This document shows, in pieces, positions 1-11,000 of a stretch of 51,589 nt of DNA. The notes under the pieces are model-generated. The model did no database searches. It saw only the letters and a program-made list of their open reading frames with translations, and had not been told where the DNA came from. The position numbers and the translations under genes were made by a program. This DNA comes from a virus. The stretch is from the IMG/VR virus record IMGVR_UViG_3300024974_000002, positions 1-51,589 of that record; one strand, written 5' to 3'. Positions within the stretch are counted from its first letter, which is position 1; each line of letters begins with the position of its first letter.

Positions 1-127
1 GCAAAAGAACAGGCCATTTTATCCAGCAAAATGACAACGGCTTATACAAAGCTAAACCTACAGCGAACTATTGCCAAAAGGAATTTGCTTGATTTATTGA
101 GTGCCGAAAATCAAAACACAGAAGCCA
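1..127. repeat. Terminal direct repeat copy A, identical to 51463..51589 (circular-contig overlap or terminal redundancy)
   Basis: Read by eye as 127/127 identical to the last 127 nt of the window. The repeat lies inside the tape-measure coding frame. Confidence 0.95.
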
Positions 128-3100
128 TTAAAAAAGCTCAGATAGAGTTCGATAAACTTGATGTTCGTGTTCGAAAAGCAGATCATGCAGTAGGAGATTT
201 TCATAAAACAGTTGGAAACTATCCAAAAATAGCAAGCTTGACCAGTGGACTTAAAAATCTTGTGGGTGCTTTCGGATTGTTGGGCGGTGTCGCCTTGTTT
301 GCATCAATATTGAAAAATGCCTTTGATACCATAAAACTGTTTGATCAAGCGCTTGCAGATTTGAGTGCCATTACGGGGGCAACCGGAAAAGACCTTGACT
401 ATCTAAAAAACCAAGCTATCGAGTTGGGAAAAGGAACAAAAGGCGGTGCTGTTGCAGTGGTTGAAGCCTACAAATTAATAGCTTCTGCAAAACCGGAATT
501 ACTTGAAAATGTTTCAGCATTGAACCAAGTGACTGAAGCCGTTTTAACATTGGCACAAGCTTCTGGAATGGAAATGCCGGATGCTGCAATTGCCTTGACA
601 GATGCAATGAATCAATTTGGTGCTGATGCTTCACAAGCAACTGTTTTTGTGGATGCATTGGCTAATGGTGCCAAATATGGTGCTGCTGAAATCCCACAAG
701 TAACTGAAGCCTTATTGAAATTTGGTGCCGTTGCACGAACTTCAAACGTAAGCATACAAGAAAGCACGGCTTTGGTTGAATTGTTGGCAGAAAATGGCCT
801 AAAAGGAGCTGATGCTGGTACAGCATTGCGAAATGTATTATTGAAAATCAGTGCTCCAGATGCTTTGCCTAAAAAAGCACAAGAGGAATTTGCTAGACTT
901 GGTATTTCATTGGAAACATTGAAAGACAAATCAATTCCTATCCAGCAAAAATTGGAGTTATTGAAACCGTTATTGAAAGATAATGCTTCCATCGTTAAAA
1001 TATTTGGATTGGAGAATGCTACAGCTGCTTTGAATGTTTTGGGGCATACGGACAGATTGAAAGAGTTGACCGCCAAAATGAATGAAAACGGAACAGCAAC
1101 AGAACAGGCCAATATCAGAATGGACACCTTAACAGGTTCAATGGATAAGTTGGAAAGCGCTTGGGGCAGTTTTATTTTAAGTCTTTCTGAAAAAGGGAAT
1201 GCCGGTGGTAACTTTTTAAAATTCTGGGTTAATGATGCAATTGACACTTTATCAATGCTGGATGATTGGTTTACCACCAGTGCCCAAAAAAGAGAAAGAG
1301 AACTTGCAGCGATAAGAAAAGAAGGTGCCGACAGCGCTATTAAAAATTATGCCGACAAGAATAAAAGAAGTTTGGAAGATTTGCAAAATGTAGTTGCTTG
1401 GAACAATGCAGAAATTGCCGAAAATACCAGAGCAGCTTTGGAATTAGAAAAGATAAATAAAAAAATAGCTACTGATGATTCCTTCTTCAATAGTGGTAAA
1501 AGAAAGAAACAAATTGAAGACAATCAAAGAAAAATTGCAGCATTAAATAATAAAACTGTTTTTGCTGATTCAGAAAATAAAACGGTAAAAGGATTTATTC
1601 AACAAAGAACGGCAAAACCAGCAGCTAATACTGATGGTAGTTCTACAGCTATAAATTCAAAAGAGCAGGATAAGTTGGCTAAAGAGGCTTTGGATAGAGC
1701 AAAAAAATTATCAGATTCTTTATATGAATTGCAAAAACAACGCTTGGAACGTTCCATTAAAATAAATGGAGACATTGCTGCAGATGATAAATTGAGTGAT
1801 GAAGTACGTATCAAAGCCTTAGAACTGGTACAAAATAAAGAGATTGATCTGGCCAAACTTACCGAAAAACATTCCTTGGATGCTGACAAATTTGTATTGG
1901 CCAAAGATAAAATGAATGCCAACCAAAAATTGGTAATCGTTAATGAAGCCGAAAATAAAATCGTTGATATCAAGAAAAAAACATCGGAGGAAATCTTGAA
2001 AATAAATCAATTCGATGATGCAAAATACCAGAAAGATTTGGAAGACAAGGTTTCCAAAATAAATGTATCGATGAATGCCGAATTACAGGCAGAAAACGAA
2101 AGGTTTGCCAAACTGGGCGATTTGGAAGCAATGGCACAAGCCGACAGGGAAAAAGCAGTCGAAGACCACGAACAAAAGATTTTCGAGATCAAGAAAGTAT
2201 TTGCAATAAAAACATTAAAGCTTCAAATTGCAAATCTTGAAGCAGAATTGGCAGCGAGTGATGCTCTTCCGTTAAATGAGCAAATATCAGCTGACAAAAG
2301 ACAAAAGATTGCTGAAACAATAAGCAAGGCAAAATTAGACTTATCAGAAGTCGAGGTCAGCACCAATAAAAAGAATTCGGAGAAAACGGTAATGACCGAA
2401 AAGGAAAAAACAGAAAAGATACTTGAAATGTCTTCTGCTTTAACATCGGCATTAACAGATCTTGGAAATGCCGTTTTCGAAAAAAGAATACAAAACATTC
2501 AGGATGAGATTGACAAAAACAATGAATACTACGATAAGCAAATTGAGCTGGCCGGAAACGATGCCCGTCAAAAAAATCTACTTGAAAAAGAGCGTGAGAA
2601 AAAGAATGATGAATTAGAGAAAAAGAAACGCAAAGAGCAGCATAAACAAGCTGTTTTCAATAAAGCTACAGCATTAGCACAAGCGGGAATAAGTACTGCA
2701 TTAGCGGTTTTGGCGGCTTTAAGTACGCAACCATTCCTACCAATGGGTCCTGCAATGGCAATATTGGCCGGTGTTCTTGGTGCAATTCAAATTGGAGCGA
2801 TCATCGCAACTCCAATTCCAAAATACAAAGATGGTAGAAAAGGTGGTCCAGCAGAAACGGCTTGGGTTGGTGACGGTGGAATAAGTGAGGTTGTGACCAG
2901 TTTCGATGGCTCAAATGCAAGATTGACACCAAACATACCAACGCTTACACACTTGGATCAAGGCGATATTGTACATAAATCATTTGCAGATTATCAGGAT
3001 TATATGAGAGCTTCCATTTTGTCCGGACTTAAAATGGATGGTCGCAGAATGAATGATTTTCAAGCGATGCAAAATGAGGAAAAATATGGCAAAGAAATGC

Positions 3101-3222
3101 TCGAAGAATTAAAACGAAATACTAAAGCTATCGAAAGACAAAAAAATGGTTCTGTGATCAATATGCCGGGATTAGATATTAATCATCATTTGTGGAAAAT
3201 GAAAAATACTAATTGGAACTAA
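1..3222 (+). CDS. Tail tape measure protein, C-terminal part (ORF open from nt 1; continues from 51067..51462 across the junction)
   Basis: Longest ORF upstream of the tail genes. TMP core-like segment GAAEIPQVTEALLKFGAVARTSNVSIQESTALVELLAENGLKGADAGTALRNVLLKI. Long K/E-rich coiled-coil middle and a hydrophobic stretch near the C-terminus. Frame 1 is in frame with ATG 51067 (51463-51067=396). Confidence 0.85.
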   Translation, partial: AKEQAILSSKMTTAYTKLNLQRTIAKRNLLDLLSAENQNTEAIKKAQIEFDKLDVRVRKADHAVGDFHKTVGNYPKIASLTSGLKNLVGAFGLLGGVALFASILKNAFDTIKLFDQALADLSAITGATGKDLDYLKNQAIELGKGTKGGAVAVVEAYKLIASAKPELLENVSALNQVTEAVLTLAQASGMEMPDAAIALTDAMNQFGADASQATVFVDALANGAKYGAAEIPQVTEALLKFGAVARTSNVSIQESTALVELLAENGLKGADAGTALRNVLLKISAPDALPKKAQEEFARLGISLETLKDKSIPIQQKLELLKPLLKDNASIVKIFGLENATAALNVLGHTDRLKELTAKMNENGTATEQANIRMDTLTGSMDKLESAWGSFILSLSEKGNAGGNFLKFWVNDAIDTLSMLDDWFTTSAQKRERELAAIRKEGADSAIKNYADKNKRSLEDLQNVVAWNNAEIAENTRAALELEKINKKIATDDSFFNSGKRKKQIEDNQRKIAALNNKTVFADSENKTVKGFIQQRTAKPAANTDGSSTAINSKEQDKLAKEALDRAKKLSDSLYELQKQRLERSIKINGDIAADDKLSDEVRIKALELVQNKEIDLAKLTEKHSLDADKFVLAKDKMNANQKLVIVNEAENKIVDIKKKTSEEILKINQFDDAKYQKDLEDKVSKINVSMNAELQAENERFAKLGDLEAMAQADREKAVEDHEQKIFEIKKVFAIKTLKLQIANLEAELAASDALPLNEQISADKRQKIAETISKAKLDLSEVEVSTNKKNSEKTVMTEKEKTEKILEMSSALTSALTDLGNAVFEKRIQNIQDEIDKNNEYYDKQIELAGNDARQKNLLEKEREKKNDELEKKKRKEQHKQAVFNKATALAQAGISTALAVLAALSTQPFLPMGPAMAILAGVLGAIQIGAIIATPIPKYKDGRKGGPAETAWVGDGGISEVVTSFDGSNARLTPNIPTLTHLDQGDIVHKSFADYQDYMRASILSGLKMDGRRMNDFQAMQNEEKYGKEMLEELKRNTKAIERQKNGSVINMPGLDINHHLWKMKNTNWN

Positions 3223-5444
3223 TGGGAAATCTAAATTACTTCGATAGAGTTCGATACACTTTGTTTAATAAAAACCAAGGCTCTTTGATAATCGAAGAGC
3301 CAATAGGTTGGAAAAGTGACGAAAAAGAACTCGCACGTCACGAACAGTATCACGGTATTATCTCTCGTTTTTCCAATTCTTCAAAATTCATTGGTGACGG
3401 CAAAGAGTTCATCCAGTTGGTTGATGATATTGACGGTATAAATGCGGATATTCAACTCAAAAGGGAAGAGAAAAATCCTCAGACAGACGTTTGGAATTTA
3501 GGATATTCTGGCAATCTTGACCTTTCAACAAAGGAAACGGAGAACAACCAAATTGCCATAAAATTCAATTCTGGTGGTTTGGAACAAATATTGAAAGCCC
3601 GAGAATCCGAAAGCGTGGAAATTGACAGAACTACGACTATTGACGGTAAAACGATTCCAGACATATTACCTATAACCGTAGCTTTGGATGGTAGAAGAAT
3701 ATTCCTTAAATCGAAACTCGAAACTAAATTAAACGATAATTCTCTAAGCCTTTATTGTGAATCAAATGCCGGAAATACCAGAAACCAAACGGCCGGTATT
3801 CCTTTTTCAATAATCAATAAATCATACGAACAGGTTCAAGAAGTGCTGTCTGGCAACACGGCAAGCGAAAACACCGGAACCACAGGAATGATGTTCTTTG
3901 CCAATTCGGACAAAAAAAGAACGCTTCACATAAAAACAAATTTTACATTCAAATTTGATGCCGTTAGTCAAGATCATGTTGATTGGTCCACTTTCAGCAT
4001 CAACTTGACAAAATTCAAAAATGGTGTCGATTATAACACTCCAACAAGAATTCCACTGTTTTCATTGAGTTCAAAAAGTGCAATTGGTGGAGCAAACGGA
4101 AAAACATTTTCAGTGAATTATGACGGAATTATAGATGTTGAATCAGGCGAAAGTTTGGCCATAGAAGCGTTCGAAAAAGCTGATTTCAAATCAAGTCCAA
4201 ATGCAAAACTGGCAATTAACTTGACCGAAATTTTAGGAACATTGTTTGTTGAAGAGGATTCACATAACGAAAAATCAACCACCAAAGCGATATTGGCTCA
4301 CGAATTAATGGATCGATTAGTGACCATTGCCACTGGAAAAGAAAAAGCTTTTTATTCTGATTTCTTGGGAAGAACAGACTTAGGTTATACAGTAGATGGA
4401 CCAGGAGCATTGACTGCTGTAACACACGGATTCTGGATTCGACAATTTGATAAGTTGCCAATACCATCCGAAGCAACCGCAACGACTTCAAAAATAGAAA
4501 ATCTATTCAAGCCGTTAACCACATCATTTAAAGATGCTGTTGCTTCATTGGATTCTGTTTGGAATATAGGAATAGGAATAGAAATCGTTGGAAACAAAGA
4601 GCGTGTTCGAATGGAAGAATTGTCTTTTTTCTATAATAATAACGTGACTATTCGTTTGGGGCAAGTCAAGAAAGTAAAGAGATCCTGCGCCACGGAATAC
4701 TATTATTCTTCATTGGAATTTGGCAGCGAAAAAGGAGGAACTTATGAAGAAGCGATGGGATTGGATGAACCAAACGGAAAATCAAATTTCACGACTGTAA
4801 TCAATAGATTGAAATCTACTTATTCAAAGTTGTCAAAATACAGATTCGACACCTACGGAATGGAATTTGCCAGACGTAAGCCAAAATCATTGAATGATAC
4901 TGAAGATACACCGTATGATTCTGATAATTTCATGATAGACTTGAAGCGTGGAATAACAGCTACTTTCGAACAAAGAAAATGGCAGGATGATTTTGAAAAC
5001 GAACCAACCGGAATATTCGATCCATCAAGCGCAACCAATTTAAGATTTTCGCCAGTCAATTGTTTGCTTCGCCATTCTTGGTGGTTTGGTGGTGGTTTCA
5101 AAAAGTATTTGACAGATTATGTGCGCTATGGTAGTTCATCAGCAAATAGCCAATTAAAGACAAAATTGATGGGAAAGAATGAATATTCAGAGAATGGTAA
5201 CATCATTAATTCTGAATTATTCCCAGCGAGGTTCTTCCCGGAATGGATAGAATTTGAATACGAATGTGGATTTTCTACTATGCAAATGGTGGAAGGAAAA
5301 ACCATAATTAAAGGCAAAGAAATAATGAATTTTTACGGACTAGTGGAGTTCACAAACGAGAATAACGAAAAAGAAAAAGGATTCCTTTTCAATCTAAAAC
5401 CAAATGGAAAAGGACAATGGAAATTATTAAAATCTAATAGATAA
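3222..5444 (+). CDS. Tail/baseplate protein (Dit position), function by synteny only
   Basis: ATG 3222 overlaps the TMP stop (TAATG). The track start 3213 is TTG. About 740 aa, directly after TMP. No motif recognised. Confidence 0.6.
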   Translation: MGNLNYFDRVRYTLFNKNQGSLIIEEPIGWKSDEKELARHEQYHGIISRFSNSSKFIGDGKEFIQLVDDIDGINADIQLKREEKNPQTDVWNLGYSGNLDLSTKETENNQIAIKFNSGGLEQILKARESESVEIDRTTTIDGKTIPDILPITVALDGRRIFLKSKLETKLNDNSLSLYCESNAGNTRNQTAGIPFSIINKSYEQVQEVLSGNTASENTGTTGMMFFANSDKKRTLHIKTNFTFKFDAVSQDHVDWSTFSINLTKFKNGVDYNTPTRIPLFSLSSKSAIGGANGKTFSVNYDGIIDVESGESLAIEAFEKADFKSSPNAKLAINLTEILGTLFVEEDSHNEKSTTKAILAHELMDRLVTIATGKEKAFYSDFLGRTDLGYTVDGPGALTAVTHGFWIRQFDKLPIPSEATATTSKIENLFKPLTTSFKDAVASLDSVWNIGIGIEIVGNKERVRMEELSFFYNNNVTIRLGQVKKVKRSCATEYYYSSLEFGSEKGGTYEEAMGLDEPNGKSNFTTVINRLKSTYSKLSKYRFDTYGMEFARRKPKSLNDTEDTPYDSDNFMIDLKRGITATFEQRKWQDDFENEPTGIFDPSSATNLRFSPVNCLLRHSWWFGGGFKKYLTDYVRYGSSSANSQLKTKLMGKNEYSENGNIINSELFPARFFPEWIEFEYECGFSTMQMVEGKTIIKGKEIMNFYGLVEFTNENNEKEKGFLFNLKPNGKGQWKLLKSNR

Positions 5445-5448
5445 AATT

Positions 5449-7470
5449 ATGGCATATTCTAAAATAACACTAGAATTTATAGCAGTTCCTACTGTTAACG
5501 ATGTGTTCAATATTGGTGAAACTTCTTTGGGTTTAATGCTGAATGAAATATTCAAGGAATCTCGTTTAAGTACGGGTCAGGTTTCTCTTCCTATTTTTGC
5601 TCCTGATGATGGCATACATCCTGATAGGTATTTTGGTTTTGTAAACGTAAACTATAAAAACGCTTTCAATTTAGATTATAATTCAACAGGTCTATTTACT
5701 TTGAGCACTTTAAATGGTCCGGTAAATTCAGGAGTTGGTTTTGTAACTATTGAAGCCAACTTTTCGGGAGCAGTTTTCACAGGCACAAGTACTGATTTTG
5801 TGGATGTAAATATCGAGAATGAAGTGACAGTAACTCCTTTTTCCATTGATGCAATTACATTCACTCCTAAAATTGGCGATGAATCCAGTAGATGCACAAT
5901 TAATATTGCCACAAATCATTTGGCAACTAAATTATTGCAGCCTTTTGTAACTAATCCAAATACGGCAAATCCCATCATTTTTTCGGCATATCGAGCTATG
6001 ACATTCAATGTTGAGGTCGAAGATTCTAATGGATTGAAAGTTTTACAATCAGTTACAACTCCAGCTTATTTGTATCTTGGAAACTTCACATTTGATATTG
6101 TAAATTCACCGAGTGGTGGCACCTTGAATATTTCAAATGTTAATAGTGACGGTTTGGATTTACAATATTCTTTGGACAATGTTACGTGGCAAACATCGCC
6201 AGTTTTTAGCGGTTTGGCAGTTGGATTGTACAGTATTTATATCAAGGACCAATTGGGTTATTTTATCGCAAATGGTTTTGCAGTTACTGAATTCGGCATT
6301 TACACGCCTTATTTCTACATTTCAAAATCAAACTCCTTTCGTTTTGCCAATCGCATATCTTGGGGAGATTCTGCCAATTATAAAACAGATGAAAACACCT
6401 TGAGTTACGAGGTGGATTGTGAAATTCCATATACTGAAATACAACAGTTTCAATCTGCTGACGTGATCACCACGCAATTCAAATCGAATTATGGTAGCAA
6501 TGTGGCCAAGATTATAAAATCCGATTTATCGGAGGTTGATGTTCCGGTGGTAAAGAAATCAAATAACATTGGAGTAAAAGATAAACGCAATGCTTTTAAA
6601 TATGATCTTGGCAACGGTAAAACAGGATTATATTTCATTGCAGGAAACATTTATGATTATACCACGGGATTAGCAACAGACACCTATTTTTTGAATGGTT
6701 CATTGCCGGAATGGGCAATTATAGGCAACTATTTCAAGATAGGTTCTTCTTGGTTCTTGATTGAAGAAATATTCTTTGACGAGGCGAAAAATGCAGATGT
6801 GTTGTCTTTTTCAAACATTTATACCGGTGTTGATGTTTCCGTGATTGCTGCTTCGGTGTTCAACCGTTTCAACTATGAGGTTTATGAATTTGCCATTGAT
6901 ATGGTAGATTATATTGATCAATATATCCAAGTGAGAATAAACAATATCGATGATAATTTCACGGAGATTGTTCATTTAAGCGAGAAAATTTGGTGCAAGG
7001 TAAAACACGAAAATGTGTTGGAAATAAAATATAGTAATTCCAGCAATACGGACATTTTTTATGGCACCGGTATCGAAAATTTGATTCGACAACAATACAC
7101 CTATTTCAAAGGAAAGTCCGACGAAGATAGCGAGGTCCACAAAACCGACACGAATTCCATCTTGCTAAATGCCGATGTTTACGAAGTTGACGAAATTGTT
7201 TTCGAGCCTGTAACCAAGGAAATTTGGAGAAAAATGGTTTTGGCTTTGTCACACGAAAACGTGACCATTAATGGAGTTGGTTACGTAAAGAATGGAAATT
7301 TCAATACTGAAGGACCATTAGAAAGATCAAATCTTTATGTTCTTACAGCTACAATGATCAAAACAGGAAGTGTTTACACCAGCCAGACAAGTGGAGGCAT
7401 GGACTTTGATGGAACAGCAGTTGCAGTGCCAGGATTAATTCAAACAGACAATGGATTTGTGAGTTACTAA
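5449..7470 (+). CDS. Tail/baseplate protein (Tal position), function by synteny only
   Basis: 673-aa ORF 4 nt after the previous stop, in the tail module. No motif recognised. Confidence 0.55.
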   Translation: MAYSKITLEFIAVPTVNDVFNIGETSLGLMLNEIFKESRLSTGQVSLPIFAPDDGIHPDRYFGFVNVNYKNAFNLDYNSTGLFTLSTLNGPVNSGVGFVTIEANFSGAVFTGTSTDFVDVNIENEVTVTPFSIDAITFTPKIGDESSRCTINIATNHLATKLLQPFVTNPNTANPIIFSAYRAMTFNVEVEDSNGLKVLQSVTTPAYLYLGNFTFDIVNSPSGGTLNISNVNSDGLDLQYSLDNVTWQTSPVFSGLAVGLYSIYIKDQLGYFIANGFAVTEFGIYTPYFYISKSNSFRFANRISWGDSANYKTDENTLSYEVDCEIPYTEIQQFQSADVITTQFKSNYGSNVAKIIKSDLSEVDVPVVKKSNNIGVKDKRNAFKYDLGNGKTGLYFIAGNIYDYTTGLATDTYFLNGSLPEWAIIGNYFKIGSSWFLIEEIFFDEAKNADVLSFSNIYTGVDVSVIAASVFNRFNYEVYEFAIDMVDYIDQYIQVRINNIDDNFTEIVHLSEKIWCKVKHENVLEIKYSNSSNTDIFYGTGIENLIRQQYTYFKGKSDEDSEVHKTDTNSILLNADVYEVDEIVFEPVTKEIWRKMVLALSHENVTINGVGYVKNGNFNTEGPLERSNLYVLTATMIKTGSVYTSQTSGGMDFDGTAVAVPGLIQTDNGFVSY

Positions 7471-7620
7471 TTTATATATTTGTACAGTAATAATGATGCA
7501 TTTATTACTGACTTGCGGGTAAAAGTAGTTAAGGTGGAGTTGGCTAATAGCCTAAAAGAAACCGTCTGACAATGAGATAATATCATAATTGCACAAAACG
7601 TAATCCTTACATACGCATCA

Positions 7621-7647
7621 AAAAAGCCTCTAATTAAGAGGCTTTTT
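7621..7647. terminator. Bidirectional intrinsic terminator between convergent genes
   Basis: AAAAAGCCTC-taattaa-GAGGCTTTTT: 10-bp perfect stem with an A-tract and a T-tract on either side. Confidence 0.8.
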
Positions 7648-7667
7648 GTTTTAAATATCGTTGCTGT

Positions 7668-7901
7668 TTATTTTTTTGAAGTAATAGTTTTTTGATAAAC
7701 AATAATTTCTTCTTTTGTTTTGTCATCGATAATATTGATGTGCTTGTGCTCGTGATGATGGTGATGTACGGACTTATCTATAAAAACATTACGGTTTTCT
7801 TTCTCACCGGGAAACAAGAAATTACCAAATGACTTTCCAATACGCCATCCACCGCCAACAAGGACAATGAATAATATCAGGAAAAACAGAAATAGTGCCA
7901 T
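7668..7901 (-). CDS. Small membrane protein with a His-rich tract (moron-like, opposite strand within the tail module)
   Basis: N-terminal hydrophobic helix ALFLFFLILFIVLVGGGW, then HHHHHEHKH. ATG at 7901 is preferred over the GTG at 7907. Its own terminator lies downstream. Confidence 0.55.
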   Translation of the reverse strand: MALFLFFLILFIVLVGGGWRIGKSFGNFLFPGEKENRNVFIDKSVHHHHHEHKHINIIDDKTKEEIIVYQKTITSKK

Positions 7902-7941
7902 AAACACAAAGTTACAAAAAATGAATCTAAACTATTTGTAC

Positions 7942-7991
7942 TTTTCTTATTTAGAATCATTCTAAATAAGAAAATAATTTTTACATTTGTT
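7942..7991 (+). promoter_or_regulatory. 16-bp-arm perfect palindrome plus TAnnTTTG box upstream of the tail fibre gene; near-copy at 45322..45357
   Basis: TTTTCTTATTTAGAAT-C-ATTCTAAATAAGAAAA (7942..7974), followed by TACATTTG. About 33 nt are shared with the region upstream of the scaffold gene. Confidence 0.6.
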
Positions 7992-8011
7992 GGAATATAA
8001 AATTCTAACTA

Positions 8012-11000
8012 ATGAGCTTTCAAACATTTGTAACCGAAAGATTAAAGGCAATTACGGAAACGTTGAATGCCATAGGCACAAATGCCAAGAAAATTGATGA
8101 ATTACCCGTTCAATCTACTTTAGATCCAGCCTCAAAAATACACGTTTCAAAAGGAGGAACTTCCGAGAGTTTGTCGGTTCAAAAAATAATCGATTCAATT
8201 GTAAATAAAACTTACAGCCAATTGTTAGATGTTGGTGACATAACAGTTTCAGGACTTAATGTTATTGTTCCATCGGCTGCAATGTGGGTATATGAAGGCA
8301 TTATTTATCAAACTACAGCTATTACAACCATACCAGAAACATTATGCGCTGCTGGATATTTAAGGAAAGATATTTTGGTGGCCAACCAATCAAACCAAAT
8401 TATTTTAATAAAAGGTGCTGAATCTGAAACAATAAGAATTAAGCCTAATATTCCAATAGGTACTGTTTTCGTCACTGAAATAGATGTTGATGATGCTGTT
8501 ATTGGAACTCCAACACCTCCAGTAATTGGTGATAATTTCATTTCAAAAGTATCACAAAGTCCTAGGAGAAGTTATGATAACGGGATTGTTGATTTGGAAA
8601 ATGAAACGAGAATCATTCTTTACACCTGCACCGAGATAAATTATATCAATCATCTTATTCCTGGTCAAGCGTATGATGGCAGACAATTATTTATAACTAA
8701 TGAAAATGAAGATGAATCAGATATTGTCATTAACAATTTATTCAACCATAAAGGGAATTTTTCGTTTCCAAATGCAGTTCCATTTGTTCTGAAATTCAAG
8801 GAAACTATCCATACTAAATTGTTTTATGATTTTGGCAATAAAGTGACTTATTTATATGTTGGTATAATTCGAAATCAAATTTCAGACATTACTGGATTAA
8901 CAGAAGCATTGGAAGCTATTTCGCCTGATGGACTAGTTAAAGAAGGTATTATATCAATGGCGGGGTTAATCGCCACTATAGCCAATGAGGCTTTTGTGTG
9001 GAGAATAAACCACGTGGAATACACCAATGCCGTTTTTACGGACACCTTGCCAGCCACAACTACTGGATATATGCGTACGGATATTTTTGAAGGTGATGAT
9101 AATGGGGATATATTCAGGAAACAAGGAAATGAAGCCATAGGCGCATCTCTTAAACCATCTGTTACCGTTGGAAGAATAGAATTAGGATCTGTTGACGTTG
9201 AGAATTCAACAGCTAGTACTCCAGTTATTCCTAAACCTAAATGGGCAGTTTCACAACAATTGAGAGATGGTGAAACCGGTTATTCTCCAAGTGAAAATGT
9301 GGTGTATGACGCTTTGGCTTTAAAAGTAGATAAAGATGGTGCGAAAGTTCTTTCCGACAATAACTACACCACTTCAGAAAAAAACAAACTGGCCAGCATC
9401 GATGCCACGCATTATTTACCTCCTCTTCAAACCACGGTGCAGTTATCGGCCTTGCCGCAAGCTGGCATTTCAGACAAAGCAAGGGTTTATGTAGAAAATG
9501 ATTTATCTGATTATTTCTATGATGTTACAGCATCGAGTGGTGACATTGCACCGGATGACCAAACGGGCGGAATTGGCTTTTGGAGAAAAGTAGCTGTAGG
9601 AGGCGAAACGGCTGCAAGCATAAAAACCAAATATGAAAGCAATGCTGATACCAATGCTTTCACCAATGCCTTGAAAGCAAAACTGGACAGTATTACCGAA
9701 ATATTCACGACTGCCTTGAAAACGGGTTATGATGGTGTGGTTACTGGATATACTGCGTTAATGGCAACTGGTTCAAGGCTGATTACTTCTGGAGAAATCA
9801 CGAAACTTAGTAATACAAGTGGAACGAATTCAGGTGATAATTCTACAAATACCCAATATAGCGGATTGGCATCATCGAAACAAGACGTTTTAGTTTCTGG
9901 AACAAATATAAAAACCATAAATGGCGCTTCTATTTTAGGAAGTGGAGATATTACTATTAGTGGTGGCGGTGGTGGCGATATGGTATTGGCATCAAATCAA
10001 ACCGTTTCCGGGTTGAAAATGTTTTTAAATGGAGCATTTGGACTTCGAAATGTAGCCAACACATTCACATCATTTTTTGCTAACTCAAATACTGCTTCAC
10101 GAACTTATACTTTGCAAAACCGAGATGGAACAATTGCTGATTTGACAGATATAGCAGGAGTAAATTCGGGTAAAATGAATACTCCAGCAGGTACAACAAA
10201 TTACTTGTCTAAGTTTTTAACAGCTTCAACGATTGGAGTTTCAAGATTATTTGACAATGGGACATTTTTTGGTATTGGTACATTTGGAGCCCCAACAAAA
10301 GATATTACATTAGGAAATCAAGCCACAAGGGAAATTGGGGTGGAGGAATCTAACAACACAACCATAGGGAGGGATTTAACAATCAGAGCAGGAAGAACAA
10401 TTAATTATATTCCAAATTCAAATTTCAATAGTTTGAACCAACAATTTGGGGGATATGGCGCCACTTCCGATGCTTCAGGGAATGTTTATTTTAAAGCGTA
10501 TGGAGGTACAATCTATAAGCAAACAGGAGGAACAGGAAGTTTTATAAACATTGGAAATACGGGGTTATTGGGTTATGATATAGAAATAGCAGTAAACGGA
10601 GATGTTTATGTACCAGGAAACGGTTACACTCCTGGAAATATTTATATGCAAACCGGAGGAACAGGAAGTTTTAATATTGTTAATACAATTCAAAGAACGT
10701 TTGGTGATGTTAGCGCACACATTAACGGAGATATTTATGTAACGGCAGATAGTGTATTGTTTAGAAGAATAGCTGGAGCCGGGGATTTCGTGGCTGTTAG
10801 TGGCGCACCTGTAAATGTTACTAACGTGGAATGTTCAGCTTCTGGCGATGTTTATGTAACAGGAAACAATAAATTATACAAGCAAACAGGGGCCACAGGA
10901 AGTTTCGTGGATTTATTGCAAACAGCACGAAATTATAAATATATAGCATGTGCCCCAAACGGAAACGTTTATGTGTGGGAAAATAACGGAGATATTTATA

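Noticed and set aside
416-2498. Seven minus-strand ORFs (416..658, 612..1277, 1599..1973, 1819..2010, 2007..2192, 2223..2498) inside the tape-measure gene
   Set aside because: They lie antisense to a long, well-supported ORF and have low-complexity, Ser/Phe/Leu-rich translations typical of shadow frames of K/E-rich coiled-coil coding sequence. The same reasoning applies to the other nested minus-strand ORFs throughout the window.
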